NCBI GenBank assembly: GCA_012295275.1
Contig: CM022670.1
Location: 23,188,001-23,252,000 of the forward strand
Length of the DNA: 64,000 nt
From: Chrysomallon squamiferum
Taxonomy: Eukaryota > Animalia > Mollusca
Reading direction: 5' to 3'
Position numbers and translations under genes: made by a program
Shown here: piece after piece, positions 1 to 19,065 of the stretch
How positions within the stretch are numbered: position 1 is the stretch's first letter
Layout of the letters: each line of letters starts with the position of its first letter
Notes under the pieces: model-generated
Database searches by the model: none
What the model saw: only the letters and a program-made list of their open reading frames with translations
Told to the model about the DNA's origin: nothing

Positions 1-99
1 ATTTAAAAAAAAAAAAAAAAAAATTACAAAAAGGAATTAAAAAACATAAATAAATAAGGAAACAACAATGCTCAGGTTGGTGCAGAAAATGTAGCCTAC

Positions 100-3000
100 A
101 TTCTTCAGTGATGGCAGAGTCAGAGTGGTCCATGGTTTCCCACTTCAAACAAGAATTCTGCAGACGAGCTGTTTCTGTTAACAACAGATCACGGAAATAT
201 TTCACATCATGCTCTCCATTTGATTCTTCAGCTTCTTTTGAGATATCTGCTTTGTAAACAAATCAAACATATCATACTTTCAGTGATTTAAAAAAAAAGA
301 AAAACAAACACAAATAGGACACAGCAGAAAAGAATAATAATAATAATGAAATAAAACAAAAAACCGTCAATTAATAGATGGTAATTACCAAGATGTTCAT
401 TACAAATGTACTTCCAATATTTTGTTACATTCATAAATTATTATTATTAACAATAATAATACCTAACATTTTCAATCTGTCAGAAATTGCAGCAAGTTGA
501 TATTAAGAAATAATGCAACCACACTTTAACAACTGTGCAATATGCAATTGTAATTTCATAGATGAAAACAATTATTAACAAGAAAAAGAAAATACAATCA
601 ATTTAGTTTCACATAATTACCCTGTGTATTAACATCTGTTGATGGGTCTACTGAGAATGTCTTGTCTGCAGAAACATGATTGTCAGTTATCACATTTACA
701 CCAGTTTCACCATCTGGCTTTACAACATCTGGAATAACATCATCCAGGTCATCAAAATTGATTGGTTCTATTGTAATTTGGTGTTTTCCTGGTGAGAAAA
801 AAAAAAAAAGAAGAGGAAAAGCGATGAAAATTAAATGAATTTCTAAATATTTTCTTATAAGACTGTGGCATTAATTTCATTCAAAATTTATTAAAAGCAA
901 AGATAAAAATCACTATTATGAAGTTTTAGTCATAAATGTACCTGGTGGTGTTTTCATTTTTGGGGTTCTTCTTGACATTTCAATCATAGGACTTGTTGCT
1001 AGTACTTCTATCCTGGAAAATAAAATTTATCAAAATTATTTTTCATATTAACAAACAAATTTTTCAACACAAAAAAATCTTTTAATAAAAATATAATAAT
1101 TTAAAAAAACCACAAAATTAAATACAAAATTAAAATTTAAAAAAAAACGAAAAGAAGATGAGTAAGAAGAAAAACAGAATACAACAAGATTATTATTGCC
1201 AATTTACAATTTCTGATCTTATATATGAATAAAATCTTTAGATTCAATGTTCTAAATTTACTGTACATGTTTTCAATGGATTAATTATACACTGAATAAT
1301 ATATTTTATTCATGATTTTATTATGTTATGTAAATTTTAAACAGTTTCATCACTATGGAGATTTACAGAACCATGACACTAACATATACATACAGTGATA
1401 TACTATTTAAATACTACTATATGTTTCAAATCCTATTCAAGTTCACAAGATTTATCTTTAAAGATATTAAAAGAAGTTTATCTCCCTAAATACACGAATA
1501 AGAAATGGTAGACATATTACACAGAACACACTGAAAGAACTGTGATAGCTTACCATTGATCAGGACTACGAAGTTCTGGTGGAATGTCGCAGGCGGTCGT
1601 CTTCCTTCTCTTTCGTGTGCCTTTTCTAGCAGACATTGGTTCTTCAGGCTCGCGGAACTGTTCCATGGAAGATGATGACTTTCTTCTGGCTCGTTTCACT
1701 GGTGTAAAGTTGAAGACAGAATCATCAGACTTCTGATCCATCTTACTTTCTCTGTCCAGCTTAGTTATAGCTTGGCTTTCCATTCTGCTCAACTCCAGTC
1801 ACAAGAGAGGAAGTCTCTGATTCAATGTCATTCTGTGAACTGACAGACACTGTAACCGTATCAGCAGTGTATTCTCTGCCAGTTTCTCCATTACTTTCTG
1901 GTGACTTGGTTTTTACAGATGTCTTCTCAGCTTCATCTATTTCAGACAATATTGAATTATTCACTATTTCAGATACTTGATTAATTGATTCTGCTTCGTT
2001 TTTGGCACTTTTTCCATTACTGTCACACAGATCTGGATCAGTAGCCAGGGAAACAGATTTTTCTTCATCTTTCTTATCAGCATCAGTCTGCAGCTCTTCT
2101 GATTTTTTAGCATCATTTAAAGTATTTTCATCACCTTCTGAAACATCTGTTTCAGAAACCTGTATGGATGTTGTTTCATTATTCTTTTCCTCATTAGCAA
2201 CCACCTCATCTTCCAAAGATTTAAAAATATCCTTTCCTGTTTCACTCTCCTTAGCTTTAGAATGTTTTTGTGATTTCCTTGCCTTCCTTCTCTTTTTCTT
2301 TCCAGCATCTTTTTCCATATCCGTGTCCGACGATGTCGAATTTTTAATGTTGTCAAAAACATTGTCACAAGAAATTTCTGAACTGGTTTCTGATTTCTCA
2401 TCAGAGGATATCGATAGTGCTATTTCTATGTCATTATTATCAGCATTCATAGTCACCTTTCTCGACAATCTCTTTTTCTTTAACAACACTCCATCAACTT
2501 CAGAATCAGACGATGTCAGAGTCACATTTCTGCCATTTTTATCTTGTTGTTTGGAATTGTTTTCAACATGGCTGACTGGGTCTGGGATACATTCTGAAGT
2601 AATCACTCTTCTCATGGACATTCTGTGCGTATGTCTAGGAGTTTTCACACATTCTGAACCAGAATCACTAATCACTTTGGAGTTGTCATCGTCTGTTACA
2701 ATCTTGCTAAATAAGCCACTGTCTGAGTCAGAAGTGACACTTTTCGCAGATTTTCTGCTCGATCTGTATGGAGTCAGATTAGTGCTATAAGGATTCACAC
2801 TCCTCCTGCTTGACCGTCTTGGTGTCTTTTTGTCGCTTTTACTGACACTGTGGACTGGTTTCTCTGTGTCACTCTCCATGTTGTCACACCTTGATTTTCT
2901 ACCACGCTTTACTGGAGTACCATCCACCACAACTGTGTACTTTACAGCTTCTTTTTCTTCATCTGAAGATTAAAAGTAACAACAGTCACTTGCAAAATTA

Positions 3001-6000
3001 TGTTTTATTCTACAACCACATAATTACTACTATATATACATTACAACTACTTATGCGACATTTCAATGAAAATTACCAAATAAAAACAAAAAAACAAAAA
3101 TTACAAAAATCTGATAAAAATGTTAATTAATTGATATAATAATTTGCATAAATTAAACCACAATAAACATTAATGTGCAGTATATTCACATATTAAACCT
3201 AACTAGTGGACTAGACTGTGAAAAGTGTAACTAGTTGTAAAGGATATTCACCTGATGAATGAGTCTTGCTGTTGTCTGTCTTGGCTGATTTATTTAGTTT
3301 CTCAGGATCGTTTCTGTCACGTGAAGATTTCCGTGTGCTGCGATGAAACTTCTTGCCATCCACCATTACCGAGTAAGTTGTACTGTCGCCACTTGATGAA
3401 GAACATGACACTAAAAATAATGTCAAAAGTATTGGAAATCAGATTTATTATTATTATTACTACTGAAAATACCATGTGTGGCTCATAAAAAATAAATTAC
3501 TTATCAACAATGTAATAAGCAACAGATATAATTTTTTAAAATAAAATTTGTATGTTAACAATATTTTCTACAACATCCATTAAATAAAAATAAAAGTTAA
3601 AACAAAAAATTAAAAAAGTAATAATAATAATACAAAATAACAATTATTAATACCTGGTTGCTGTTTTGATTTCTTGGACTTTTTAGACCAAGGAGTTGAA
3701 CATCTGGGGAAAATAAACACTTCAAATTAAATCCTTTGTTTTTGTCATAACAGTATTTGTGCATACACATCTGATTATCACCTAATGCATAGCAAACTGC
3801 ATAGAATAAATCAGATGTACAGGCTTGTTTGATTTGACATTTACTCTTTTTTGTCAGTGTATTAAAATTTAGAAATAATCAAACATATTTACATATAAAC
3901 CGACTCAGTACTTGAATATTAGTTTTTGAATTCATAAATCCTAAAATTAAATTGTAATTTTTACATTCTTCCAGTTAACTGACATACTGCTGGAGATAGT
4001 GGAGCTCCAAATAATGGTAAGAACAGTTTCTCTACCAACAACAGATTTTTTAGATATATTTATTTTGCATTTCCAAAGAAAAATAGAACTGATAACCATC
4101 TATACATAATATATCAATTAGTCTAGCTTTTTTTCATACAGAAACATTATATTAATTAATACTATTATCAATAACATCTATTTATAAAATAAACTTTCAT
4201 TTCTGTTTTAGTGTTTATCTTGCTTTTTTTTCTTTCTTCTTGAGACTTCTGCATCAATAAGTAATAATAAAGAATTATTTAGAAATTTTATCTCTGTACC
4301 TGCCAGCTGTTGGTTCTCCAGAGAAAAAAGATGTAGATTCAGCCTCACTGGCCGGACAAAGAAATTCAGCAGCACTAGCTGGGCTCAGTGGCTTGAACAC
4401 AAAGGAAAGGAGATTACTTGGACCAGTAAATGTATAATCATTCGGAGCAAATGATTTTGGATCAGTAGCTTCTGGATTTCCTCTTTTAGTTGTCACTTTA
4501 TTAAAGTCAATATTACAGGATGGTTTCTTCATCTCTTTTCCTCTTTTTGTTTTGTCTACCTTTACCTTAACAGGCTCTGAAATAATAATAGTACACTGAT
4601 GTAATGAGAACAAAACACACATCTGATCTATCATTACTTCCATTAATGAATAAAAAATAAAAATTAAAATTAAACTGATTTGGTTTTGAAGTAAAATAAA
4701 ATAAAATTAATAATAATTCTTCTGAAAGACTACAGTGAATATCTAGTACTTAATAACAGTAGATAAGATGGCTACCTTTCTTTTCAGTTTTTGTTGAGGT
4801 CATTTGTCGGGTGACTCTTCTTGTCACTGGAGGTGATGGAGGTTTCACAGCCTGTCTTGTAATCTTCACTGGCTTTGTAGCAGGAACACTCTGAAAATAT
4901 TGAAAATATTGTGTTATTATATAAATTAATAAATATTTGATTAAATCAGTCACGGATCTTCTTAAGAGGAATGAAGTAAGACTAAATAGGTGTTGTTTAC
5001 CATTAATGCCATGATAATTATCTATCACAAGCTAATAACAGCATCTTTTAAAAGAGAAATTTATTTTATAAAAAATAATAATAAATGTTTTTTTTTTTAA
5101 ATCTTAATACATGTTAGTTACCAAGAGCCAAAAAGACTAATAACTGTTTTAATGTAATGTCTGTTCTCATTCAGTTTTTTTTCACAACAGTAATTTTTTT
5201 GTGAAACATTACAAAGAGTGAATTAATGAGGTAGAAAAGGACAATATAAACATACATGTTTGGTATTAGATCTGGCTGATGAACTGGCACAACGAGTTTG
5301 TTTTTTTGTCTTTGTGTTGTCAACTGATTTCTTGTTTTCAGCATTAACAACATCAGTCTGTGAAAACAAAATGTAATGTTTTCAAACATCCATAATTAAC
5401 ATCATATCAACTTCAACAACAGTAATAATAATTAAAAAAAAAAAGAAATACAAAATATTAGGTATCTAGATATTCAGTGATTTTTATTATAATCATGATT
5501 TTGCATGGATAAATATGTGATATATCCAGTAAATATCAATCAACTGAGATAGAGATTTCATTACTTTTAGCAACAGATTCAAAGACTACCATTCATTTGT
5601 TGCAACTGTAATAATGACAAATATTCAAATTTAGCTTACAAAGTTTATATATGACACCAGAATAATATGAATTCACTATTAGCTTAAACTAAATTTAGCA
5701 TGCATCATTATATTACAAAAACTACTGGATATTAAAATATTTTCATTTGATTATGAAAAAGAATTTTAATAAATAATGTAAAACTCATGGTTTTCAAATT
5801 TATCTACACAGTAATAATAATAAATATAATAACAACAACAAATGAAAGAAGAATATTACAGTTTAAGATAGTGAGATAAAATGAACACATTTTACTAAGA
5901 AACAACCTAGTTAAGTGAGCAACCCTGAAACACTATGATATATTTGATTCATTTATTAAAAATTTCTACTTGACAGTTTTAAACCTGTTGTACCTTCTGA

Positions 6001-6582
6001 CTGCTCCTAGTTTTAGATGTCAGTCGATTGTACAGCTCAGTATCAATGTGTTGTACATGAATCACTTTGAAAGCTGGCTTGTTTTTCTTAGCTTCTTCTT
6101 GTTGTTTCTTTTTTCTTTCTTCGCGCCATTTCAGCAGCATATCCTTTCTTTCAAGCACTTTGCTAGTATATCCTGAAACAAATGGCAAAAATACAGCAAA
6201 TAACAATTAACATCTGTGCCACATCATTTATTTATGTTTATCTAGATCAGAAGCAAGATTAATGTTTTTGAACAGAATATAGGCTTGGTCGTTTCCTACT
6301 TTTTTTTTTTTTTAAATTATATTTCAAACATATATGGTACAACTGAATCGGTTAGATTCAGATAATGGTTACAAAGAACCTTTCTATAATAATCTTAGAG
6401 TGGAATAAACCAACAAACAAATAACCTAAATTTGTTATCCAATTCAAAGATCAAACAATATTACATGAAATCATCATGTTAAATATTCTTTCTCTTGGTG
6501 TTTATTATAAACAACTTGGTAATGACTTGCTTCAATTAGTTCTCCTTATGTTCAACTTTTGTTAACTGTTGGAATCAATTAA

Positions 6583-6648
<66 letters not shown>

Positions 6649-7408
6649 AATAAAATAAAATAAAATAAAATAATGAGTATAACATCTGCAAAACTGAAGG
6701 CATCTGTTCGAATACCCTTATCAACATAGTATGTTTGTGTAAAACAATACAAGTTACCACCAAAAACGTAGTTAACTGTAATTTGCATTTGATATCTATG
6801 CTGTATAATATGTATTATACTATTAGTATCACTATGATTAGCTAAACGGTAAACTTTACATTCTAATTTTAAACGATTGATGAACGCAGAAAAAGGCTAC
6901 ACATTCAATTATCATTTGATTATCCATTGACATAGGTTGCGATGAATTCAGATAATAAATTATAGTAATTAACTGACTGACGAAGGGTTCATAACCGAAT
7001 ATAAATTATATTATATTATTAATATATACGTTTGAAAATTTAACTTTTAAAAGGTGAAAATTGCAGTTATTCGATTTTAACGGATACGATCATACGTTTA
7101 TTTATTTTCATTAGTTTGTAAATTATTATTACTAAATAAATCTGGCATCAGTAGTTATCACCAAATAATTTTAGCTTACCCTTATTCTTCTTCGATGGTG
7201 TCTTGTCGACATAATCGTTTTGAAAGTGACTTAGATTTTGTCCGAATTCTTGCAGTGGAGACATTTTGTCGAGATTTCTTCGTTTACCAGCTTCTTCATA
7301 GCGTTTGTTCTTCCATTCAATCGATCGCCGTTTTACACGAGTAGAACTAGTTTCTGATCTTCTTGTCAATTTATATGCTGAAGAAAAATCATTTATTTTG
7401 GATGACAT
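100..7408 (-). CDS. DLGAP5: DLGAP5/HURP (Mars) mitotic spindle microtubule-associated protein; spliced, 3' end lies beyond the left edge of the window
   Basis: GT-AG exons with matching phases: 7180-7408, 5994-6172, 5256-5357, 4776-4890, 4300-4576, 3654-3703, 3252-3410, 1554-2962 (contains a frame break near 1761-1798), 942-1012, 621-788, 100-246. Recognised HURP motifs: RKDMLLKWREERKKK..PAFKV (human RKQMLQKYKEEKQLQK..GIFKVG), SFAPNDYTF..KPLSPASAAEFL (human SFAPKDFMF..TPMTPRSANAFL), and the start of the GKAP-homology domain DVKYFRDLLLTETARLQNSCLKWE in exon 100-246. Human sequences are recalled, not searched. Confidence 0.9.
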
Positions 7409-7440
7409 TTTGAAAAATTGATAAAACCTGTTTTCTCAAA

Positions 7441-7518
7441 TTACGCGCTCATCGTCTAGCTTTGAAATTCGGATAAAAACATTACAAAGCTGATTGGATG
7501 AAATTAGTTTCCGGTAAC
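7441..7518. promoter_or_regulatory. Core of the divergent DLGAP5/ARMH1 promoter: E2F/CDE-like, CHR, CCAAT and X-box-like motifs
   Basis: TTACGCGC 7441-7448, TTTGAA (CHR) 7461-7466, ATTGG (CCAAT on the minus strand) 7493-7497 and GTTTCCGGTAAC (RFX X-box-like) 7507-7518, all within 110 bp of the DLGAP5 start codon. Confidence 0.55.
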
Positions 7519-7633
7519 ACAAGAAAAAAGAAAAAGAAAACGGAAAAGAACGATAACTTTGTCATAGTTACAAAAGTTTAAAGATCATAAAAGTATTTTA
7601 TAACAGAATTTATGAAAGAATTTATTTATGTTG

Positions 7634-7746
7634 TAAACTAATGCAGAAACTAAAAATTCATCTCAAAATATATATTCTCCTTTATATAATTAAACTAATG
7701 CAAAAACATAAAAATTCATCTCAAAATATATATTCTCCTTTATATA
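7634..7746. repeat. Tandem duplication of a ~57 bp unit between the two start codons
   Basis: taaactaatgca(g/a)aaac(a)taaaaattcatctcaaaatatatattctcctttatata occurs twice, starting at 7634 and 7691. Confidence 0.85.
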
Positions 7747-8243
7747 GTTAATATTACTAAAATGTGTTGAAACTGTTAAACAAAAATATTAATCTCCTTT
7801 CCATTATTATTATTATTATTATTATTATTTAGAATAGACAAAATAGACATTTTGATGTCCAGTAAAAACAGATTAAAACACACTGTAATTTATTTTCATT
7901 AAAGTATGATAAAATTACTGAAACTGAAAGTGTATTTATCATAGAAATTAAATGATAAAACTGGGAAAGGGTATAATTTTTTTTTTTTTTTTTTTTAATA
8001 TTGAAGTAGAAGAAGAAGTAAAAGAGAAATAAAAATGTGTGCGTGTTTGGGAGAAGTATTCTTCGCGACTGATCATGATAATTACTTAGTAAGGGAATAT
8101 TTTAAGAATACTAGAATAACCAGTCCAATTTATGGATACTGGTCTAGAAAAAAAAAAGGAATGCTAAGTCAAATCGTATTGGATGTTATTTTTAGAAGAA
8201 CTAATGGTAATTCAGATAACATAAACACTTTCAATAAAAAAAT

Positions 8244-8290
8244 AAAACATGGCCGAAGAGGCTATAGCAACTGTGTAAACATTTCGAAAG
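8244..8290 (+). promoter_or_regulatory. Probable ARMH1 5' UTR exon or TSS region with YY1-like and X-box half-site motifs
   Basis: AAAACATGGCC (YY1-like), GGCTATAGCAAC (X-box half-site) and a strong donor AAG|GTATGT at 8290/8291. Candidate acceptors are TTAG at 8444 and 8454, just before the ATG at 8473. Confidence 0.4.
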
Positions 8291-8472
8291 GTATGTTAAA
8301 CATTATGGAATTAAACTATATATTTTTAATATAGAATTGTTTTTGAAATCAGTCAAACCTGTTAGTTGGTCAGCAAGTAAGCACGGTTTTTTAAATAGGA
8401 TTTTACTAGAAAATATTAAATAACGTGCAATATTTATAATTTAGTGTGATTTAGATTTCATTTTTGGACATC

Positions 8473-14245
<5,773 letters not shown>

Positions 14246-14647
14246 ATTAACCATTTGCTTAATCATTTTTTTTTCAACCTGCTTCTCTAATGTCATATAT
14301 GTATTATTATTACCTGTGTGCATATATCTGTTTAGTCAAAGTATATAATAATTAGATGATAACTTTCTAACAGTAGAAACGCCCTGATACAAATATTTAT
14401 GAGTGAGCTATAAACATATAAGCAAAACATAAATATGTTTATACTCCCAAACATTATTTGTTGTAATAGTTTTCAATCTTTGTTAATAATAATGTATTAT
14501 AAGGTGGTTGCTAGAATAATAATACAATAAGATGAAAATGTGTGAAATGTATAATATCTGAATGTACCATCTATATAAGTTATTATAATGTTCATGTTAG
14601 ATAATATGTAGATTTATAATTAATCAAATATTGTGGGAGATTTTTCA

Positions 14648-14720
14648 GATTGTCAAATAACATTTCATTAGAAACGTTGGAATTAATTTCTTTCGGATTG
14701 TCAAATAACATTTCATTAGA
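14648..14720. repeat. Short direct duplication (25 bp identical core, 48 bp period)
   Basis: gattgtcaaataacatttcattaga occurs twice. Confidence 0.8.
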
Positions 14721-17008
14721 CAAAATACATTCCTGAAAATGTATATTAATTATATATAACTGTAGTTTTATTTGTGTAGACATATTTCTTTTGTACTGTA
14801 AATCTCAGAGGTTCCTGAATCTAACTGTGTGTATCTTCCCTGTCTTGTCTGTTTAATGTATAATCAGTATACTTATAGTTATTTCTATCAGACCTTAACT
14901 TTCAAAACATTACTAACCATAAATACCTACTACCTACATAAACCTATGTATATCCAGGGTTTTAGCACTTACATATAGTAAATATTTATTTATTATTTAT
15001 TTTATATTATTCCTTTGTATTGGTTATTTGTTTTACACATGCTTATTTGTTTATAGAATTAACTGTATTAAAATTGGCTACATTTCTTTGGAATCCGTCA
15101 AAAGTAAAAAATTAAATATATATATTTATTTATTATAACATCTATGAAGGATATATATATTTTAAATAACATTAGTTCACAATTTTACAGAGTCTTGGCA
15201 ATGTCACTTCGGCAGTGAGTATACAAATGGGTTCTTGAACTGAAAATTAGTGAGAGATAACCAAATTTGTGGCTATGGATTTTATGGACTGAAATAATTT
15301 GAACCAAACAAGCACAGTTAGACTAAAGATGCATAAAAATAAAGTGTTTCTACAAATGTGTTTGAATGACCCCAGTACAGTTTGATAATTATGACCATAA
15401 ATGACTATCAAACATTTGTCTTTTCTGTGTACATAAGAAATAAAACCTATGGGCTGCTCTGTTAGGAGTAATGGATCAATTATATAACTGTTATTGTTAC
15501 AACCAGACAGGAAAGCACATACCACAGCCTTTTGTAAATCATAGGTTGGGAAAATAACAAAATGTGAGTTTGTTTATCAATTAAATGATCATGTTAGTTC
15601 TCTATCCAGTGAACTGCAGACAACTTTTACATCATTTGTAGTGGAATAAACATCCATCTTCATAATGAAAAATAAAATTCCCATGGATTACACTGAATGC
15701 ATTTAATAGTGGTAAATTCTTTAATTCCTGACTTTGGTCTCTGCATCTCAGTCCTTGTAACAGTGGGAGGTTTAAAATGTACTTCTATTCAACTGCATTG
15801 AAGTTTTTTGCAGAACTTGATAACATTGACAAAAATGTTTGCACACACAGTGATCAAGATTCAAATGCATAATTTGATACAGTCTGAATTATTTTGATAA
15901 TTTAAAAATAAATAAATCAATAAAAAGAAAAGAATAAAAAATTATATTTCTGATGTTAATGATAATGGTGATAATTAAAAATAAGTTTAGTCAGAAAAAG
16001 TAAAAAAACAAACAACCCATTAATGTTTCGGTTAATAAGATTAAAATTATTAAGATTCATAGTCTACCATGAATACATGGTTTTCCATTTATATCACTGA
16101 AAAATTTATATTTTAACTATTCATGACTTAATTTTAAAGTTAATGATCAATGTTTACAGATACATTTCAGATAAAAGCTTTTATCCAGTTTTGGAAAGCT
16201 TTGATTTAGATGTTATTTATTTAAATAATTATATGTATTCTGTATATTTATAATTTGTAAATCACAATATGTACACATATATCTTACTAAAACAATATTT
16301 ATTCACAAAGTATTTATTTGTTATTACAACCGAGTTTAAAGCTGTTGTGGTTTGTAAATTATTCATGTATTATGGGAAGTAACTCTTTCTTGCTTAAGTA
16401 ATATCTGGTGTTTTGTTGTTGTTTTTTTACAATTAAAAAAAAATTTGTTTTTTCATTAGATAAGAAAAAAATGTTCATCTAGTCAGTATCATTACAAATG
16501 AATAAAAAGAAAAGGTTTTGATTATTATTTTTTGTAAAGTGTTTACTTTTAAAGGCAGGATTAACAGATTTATATTAGTTTTAGTTAAATACATCAACAT
16601 GGAATGTGAAATTTTCACTGCACTTCAATTTTTAGTGTTTTTGTGAAATTTCACACCCCTTACATTTAATTTATATATATATATATATATTGCTATCATT
16701 GTTAACAAATATAATAATTATATTTAACATTCAAAAATTTATATATTATAATTTATACATAGTATTTTGATTTTACGTGAAAAAAATCTAAGCTTTAAAT
16801 ATTGTAGTGTTGTTCTAATAAAAACTGAAGAAAGAAAAATATATAAAAATTTAATGTTGTTTTCTTTATGTTTTAATATATATTACAAAATGTTTTAATT
16901 TTGTTTTTCAGTGGTGGAAATCATAACCTGAAGGAAGAAACACAGAACATCCAAACTTTCTCCAAAAGAAATAATTTGTACTGACATTTAACCATCCATT
17001 TATTACTA

Positions 17009-17011
<3 letters not shown>

Positions 17012-17072
<61 letters not shown>
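17012..17072. repeat. (ATT)n microsatellite, one of many (ATT/AAT)n tracts in the window
   Basis: Read directly from the sequence. Confidence 0.95.
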
Positions 17073-17073
<1 letters not shown>

Positions 17074-17504
17074 TAAATATATGTAATGTAAAATTATTTA
17101 GAAAGTGATTAAAATAAAAATGTTTAATGTTATTTAAGAACACCAGAAACAAATATTTTACAATTTGTCTTTGGTTTGGCAGCTGAAAAGCTTCAAGTTT
17201 TGGTTTAATTTCACATAAATATATTTACAGGAATGTGCAGAGGGGATGTTTCTGAAGTCAGTAACTTTGTGTAAATTAAATTTTATTTTAACCTTTTTTG
17301 TTAGAAGAACACAATGTGTATCCCCAGTAGCTTCAAGTCACCAAAGCCTGGATGCCCTCTGCATAATACTTTGATATATTTTTTATATAACTTTGTTTTA
17401 AATGTTTTGCTGAAAACTTCTTTGTACAAAAACTGTGATAGAAATATTTGTGTTCTTCTTGTACTGTGATATTAAAAGATGCTGTATTTTATCAATTTTG
17501 TTGC

Positions 17505-17554
<50 letters not shown>

Positions 17555-18722
17555 GGATATTTAAAAAACAATTGATGAATTCATTCATACATGTAGGTGG
17601 TGAGTTTAGATATATTTACAACTTTGTGTGTGTGTGATAATACTTCTGATAAATTATTCTCAAAATCGTTGGAAGGATCTGGAACTCGGAATTCAAGGGG
17701 CAGATGCGGACCTACGTTTTTCGGTGTCAGAAGTGTTACCGGGATCAAGGTGTGAAGCCTCCAGGAGCTAAATGACTTCTAGTAATTTCATAGGACACAT
17801 ATTAGAAAGTATTCTGGGAAGCAGATCATTTGATATTCCTCTACATGGACAGGACGGCAGACGATTTTACTAACACATTAATTACGCACGCCACAAACAC
17901 TCACTGATCAGTAACTGATCTCATGAATAAGTCAATGTGTAGAAGTCACTGAAGAATTAGGCGAGTTAAGAATTCCAGGCATGAATGCAGTTCACATTCA
18001 GAGTTCACATTCCTTGTTTTAAGAGAGAGAAAAAACGTAACTATGACCTACATTTTACTTTTTTTTTCTTTTTAAATCGGGTTAAGTAATCTGCTCACGT
18101 AACAGATTTCAGTATCGTACTTTGACCCGAAACATGGTCATGGGTTCTTATTCAAGATAAACGGTGAAAAATAACTAATATATATTAAAGAAATTAGAGA
18201 TAGATGATGATGATATTATTATTATTATAATAAGACGTTCATTAAATAAAACGTCAAAAATAACAAATAAAAATATAAATAAATATATAAATAAATAAAT
18301 AAATAAATAAATAAAATACCATAACATTTTATTTAAAATTAAAATAATCAATATCTATTTTATTTTTATTTTTTTTGCCCCAACGCTCGAGTTCGAGTTC
18401 AGTGCAAAAGTCTGAGCTGTTCCTGTTTTGATGGATGCGACGATATAAATGTATTTGCATATAGATTATTCCACCTACTGAATGATTAAATGAATGCTTA
18501 TCATACAAAAATAAACCATGGCGATGGTATGAATGAATGAAATGAAAAAAATGGGATAACATTTCATTTTATAAGTACATACTAATAACCCGTGTTTGAA
18601 TGCAAACAAAAAATTAAACGAACCAAAGTCCACATAAAATCGCTTTGCTTTCCATTGTTTATATTTTTAATTTTTTTAATTATTGTTTTCCCTTGTTGTA
18701 TAATCTTCTTTTTCTTGTTAAC

Positions 18723-18767
<45 letters not shown>

Positions 18768-19065
18768 TTATTATTATTATTATTATTATGGATGGGCTGA
18801 AAGTCAGTGGTCGAAATTAATTTTAATATCTACTACTGCAGAAACAGCTGACATGCATCTTATTTATTTTATTTTATTTATTTATTTATTATTATTTTTT
18901 TAAGCAGGAAGTCTTTTCTAATAATAAAATAAGACAATAAATTAACAAACATGAAAAGTCATCTTTCTTATACTGTTGTCATATTTTTTATTAGCAAAGT
19001 CTGGAGTCGCCGTCACAATTAAATAACTTTGAAGCTTACAAGCTATTTATATTTAATCGTACGAT

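Noticed and set aside
2002-2790. 262-aa plus-strand ORF
   Set aside because: It is the antisense shadow of the S/E/D/K-rich DLGAP5 exon, with a non-ATG start, low complexity and no recognisable domain.
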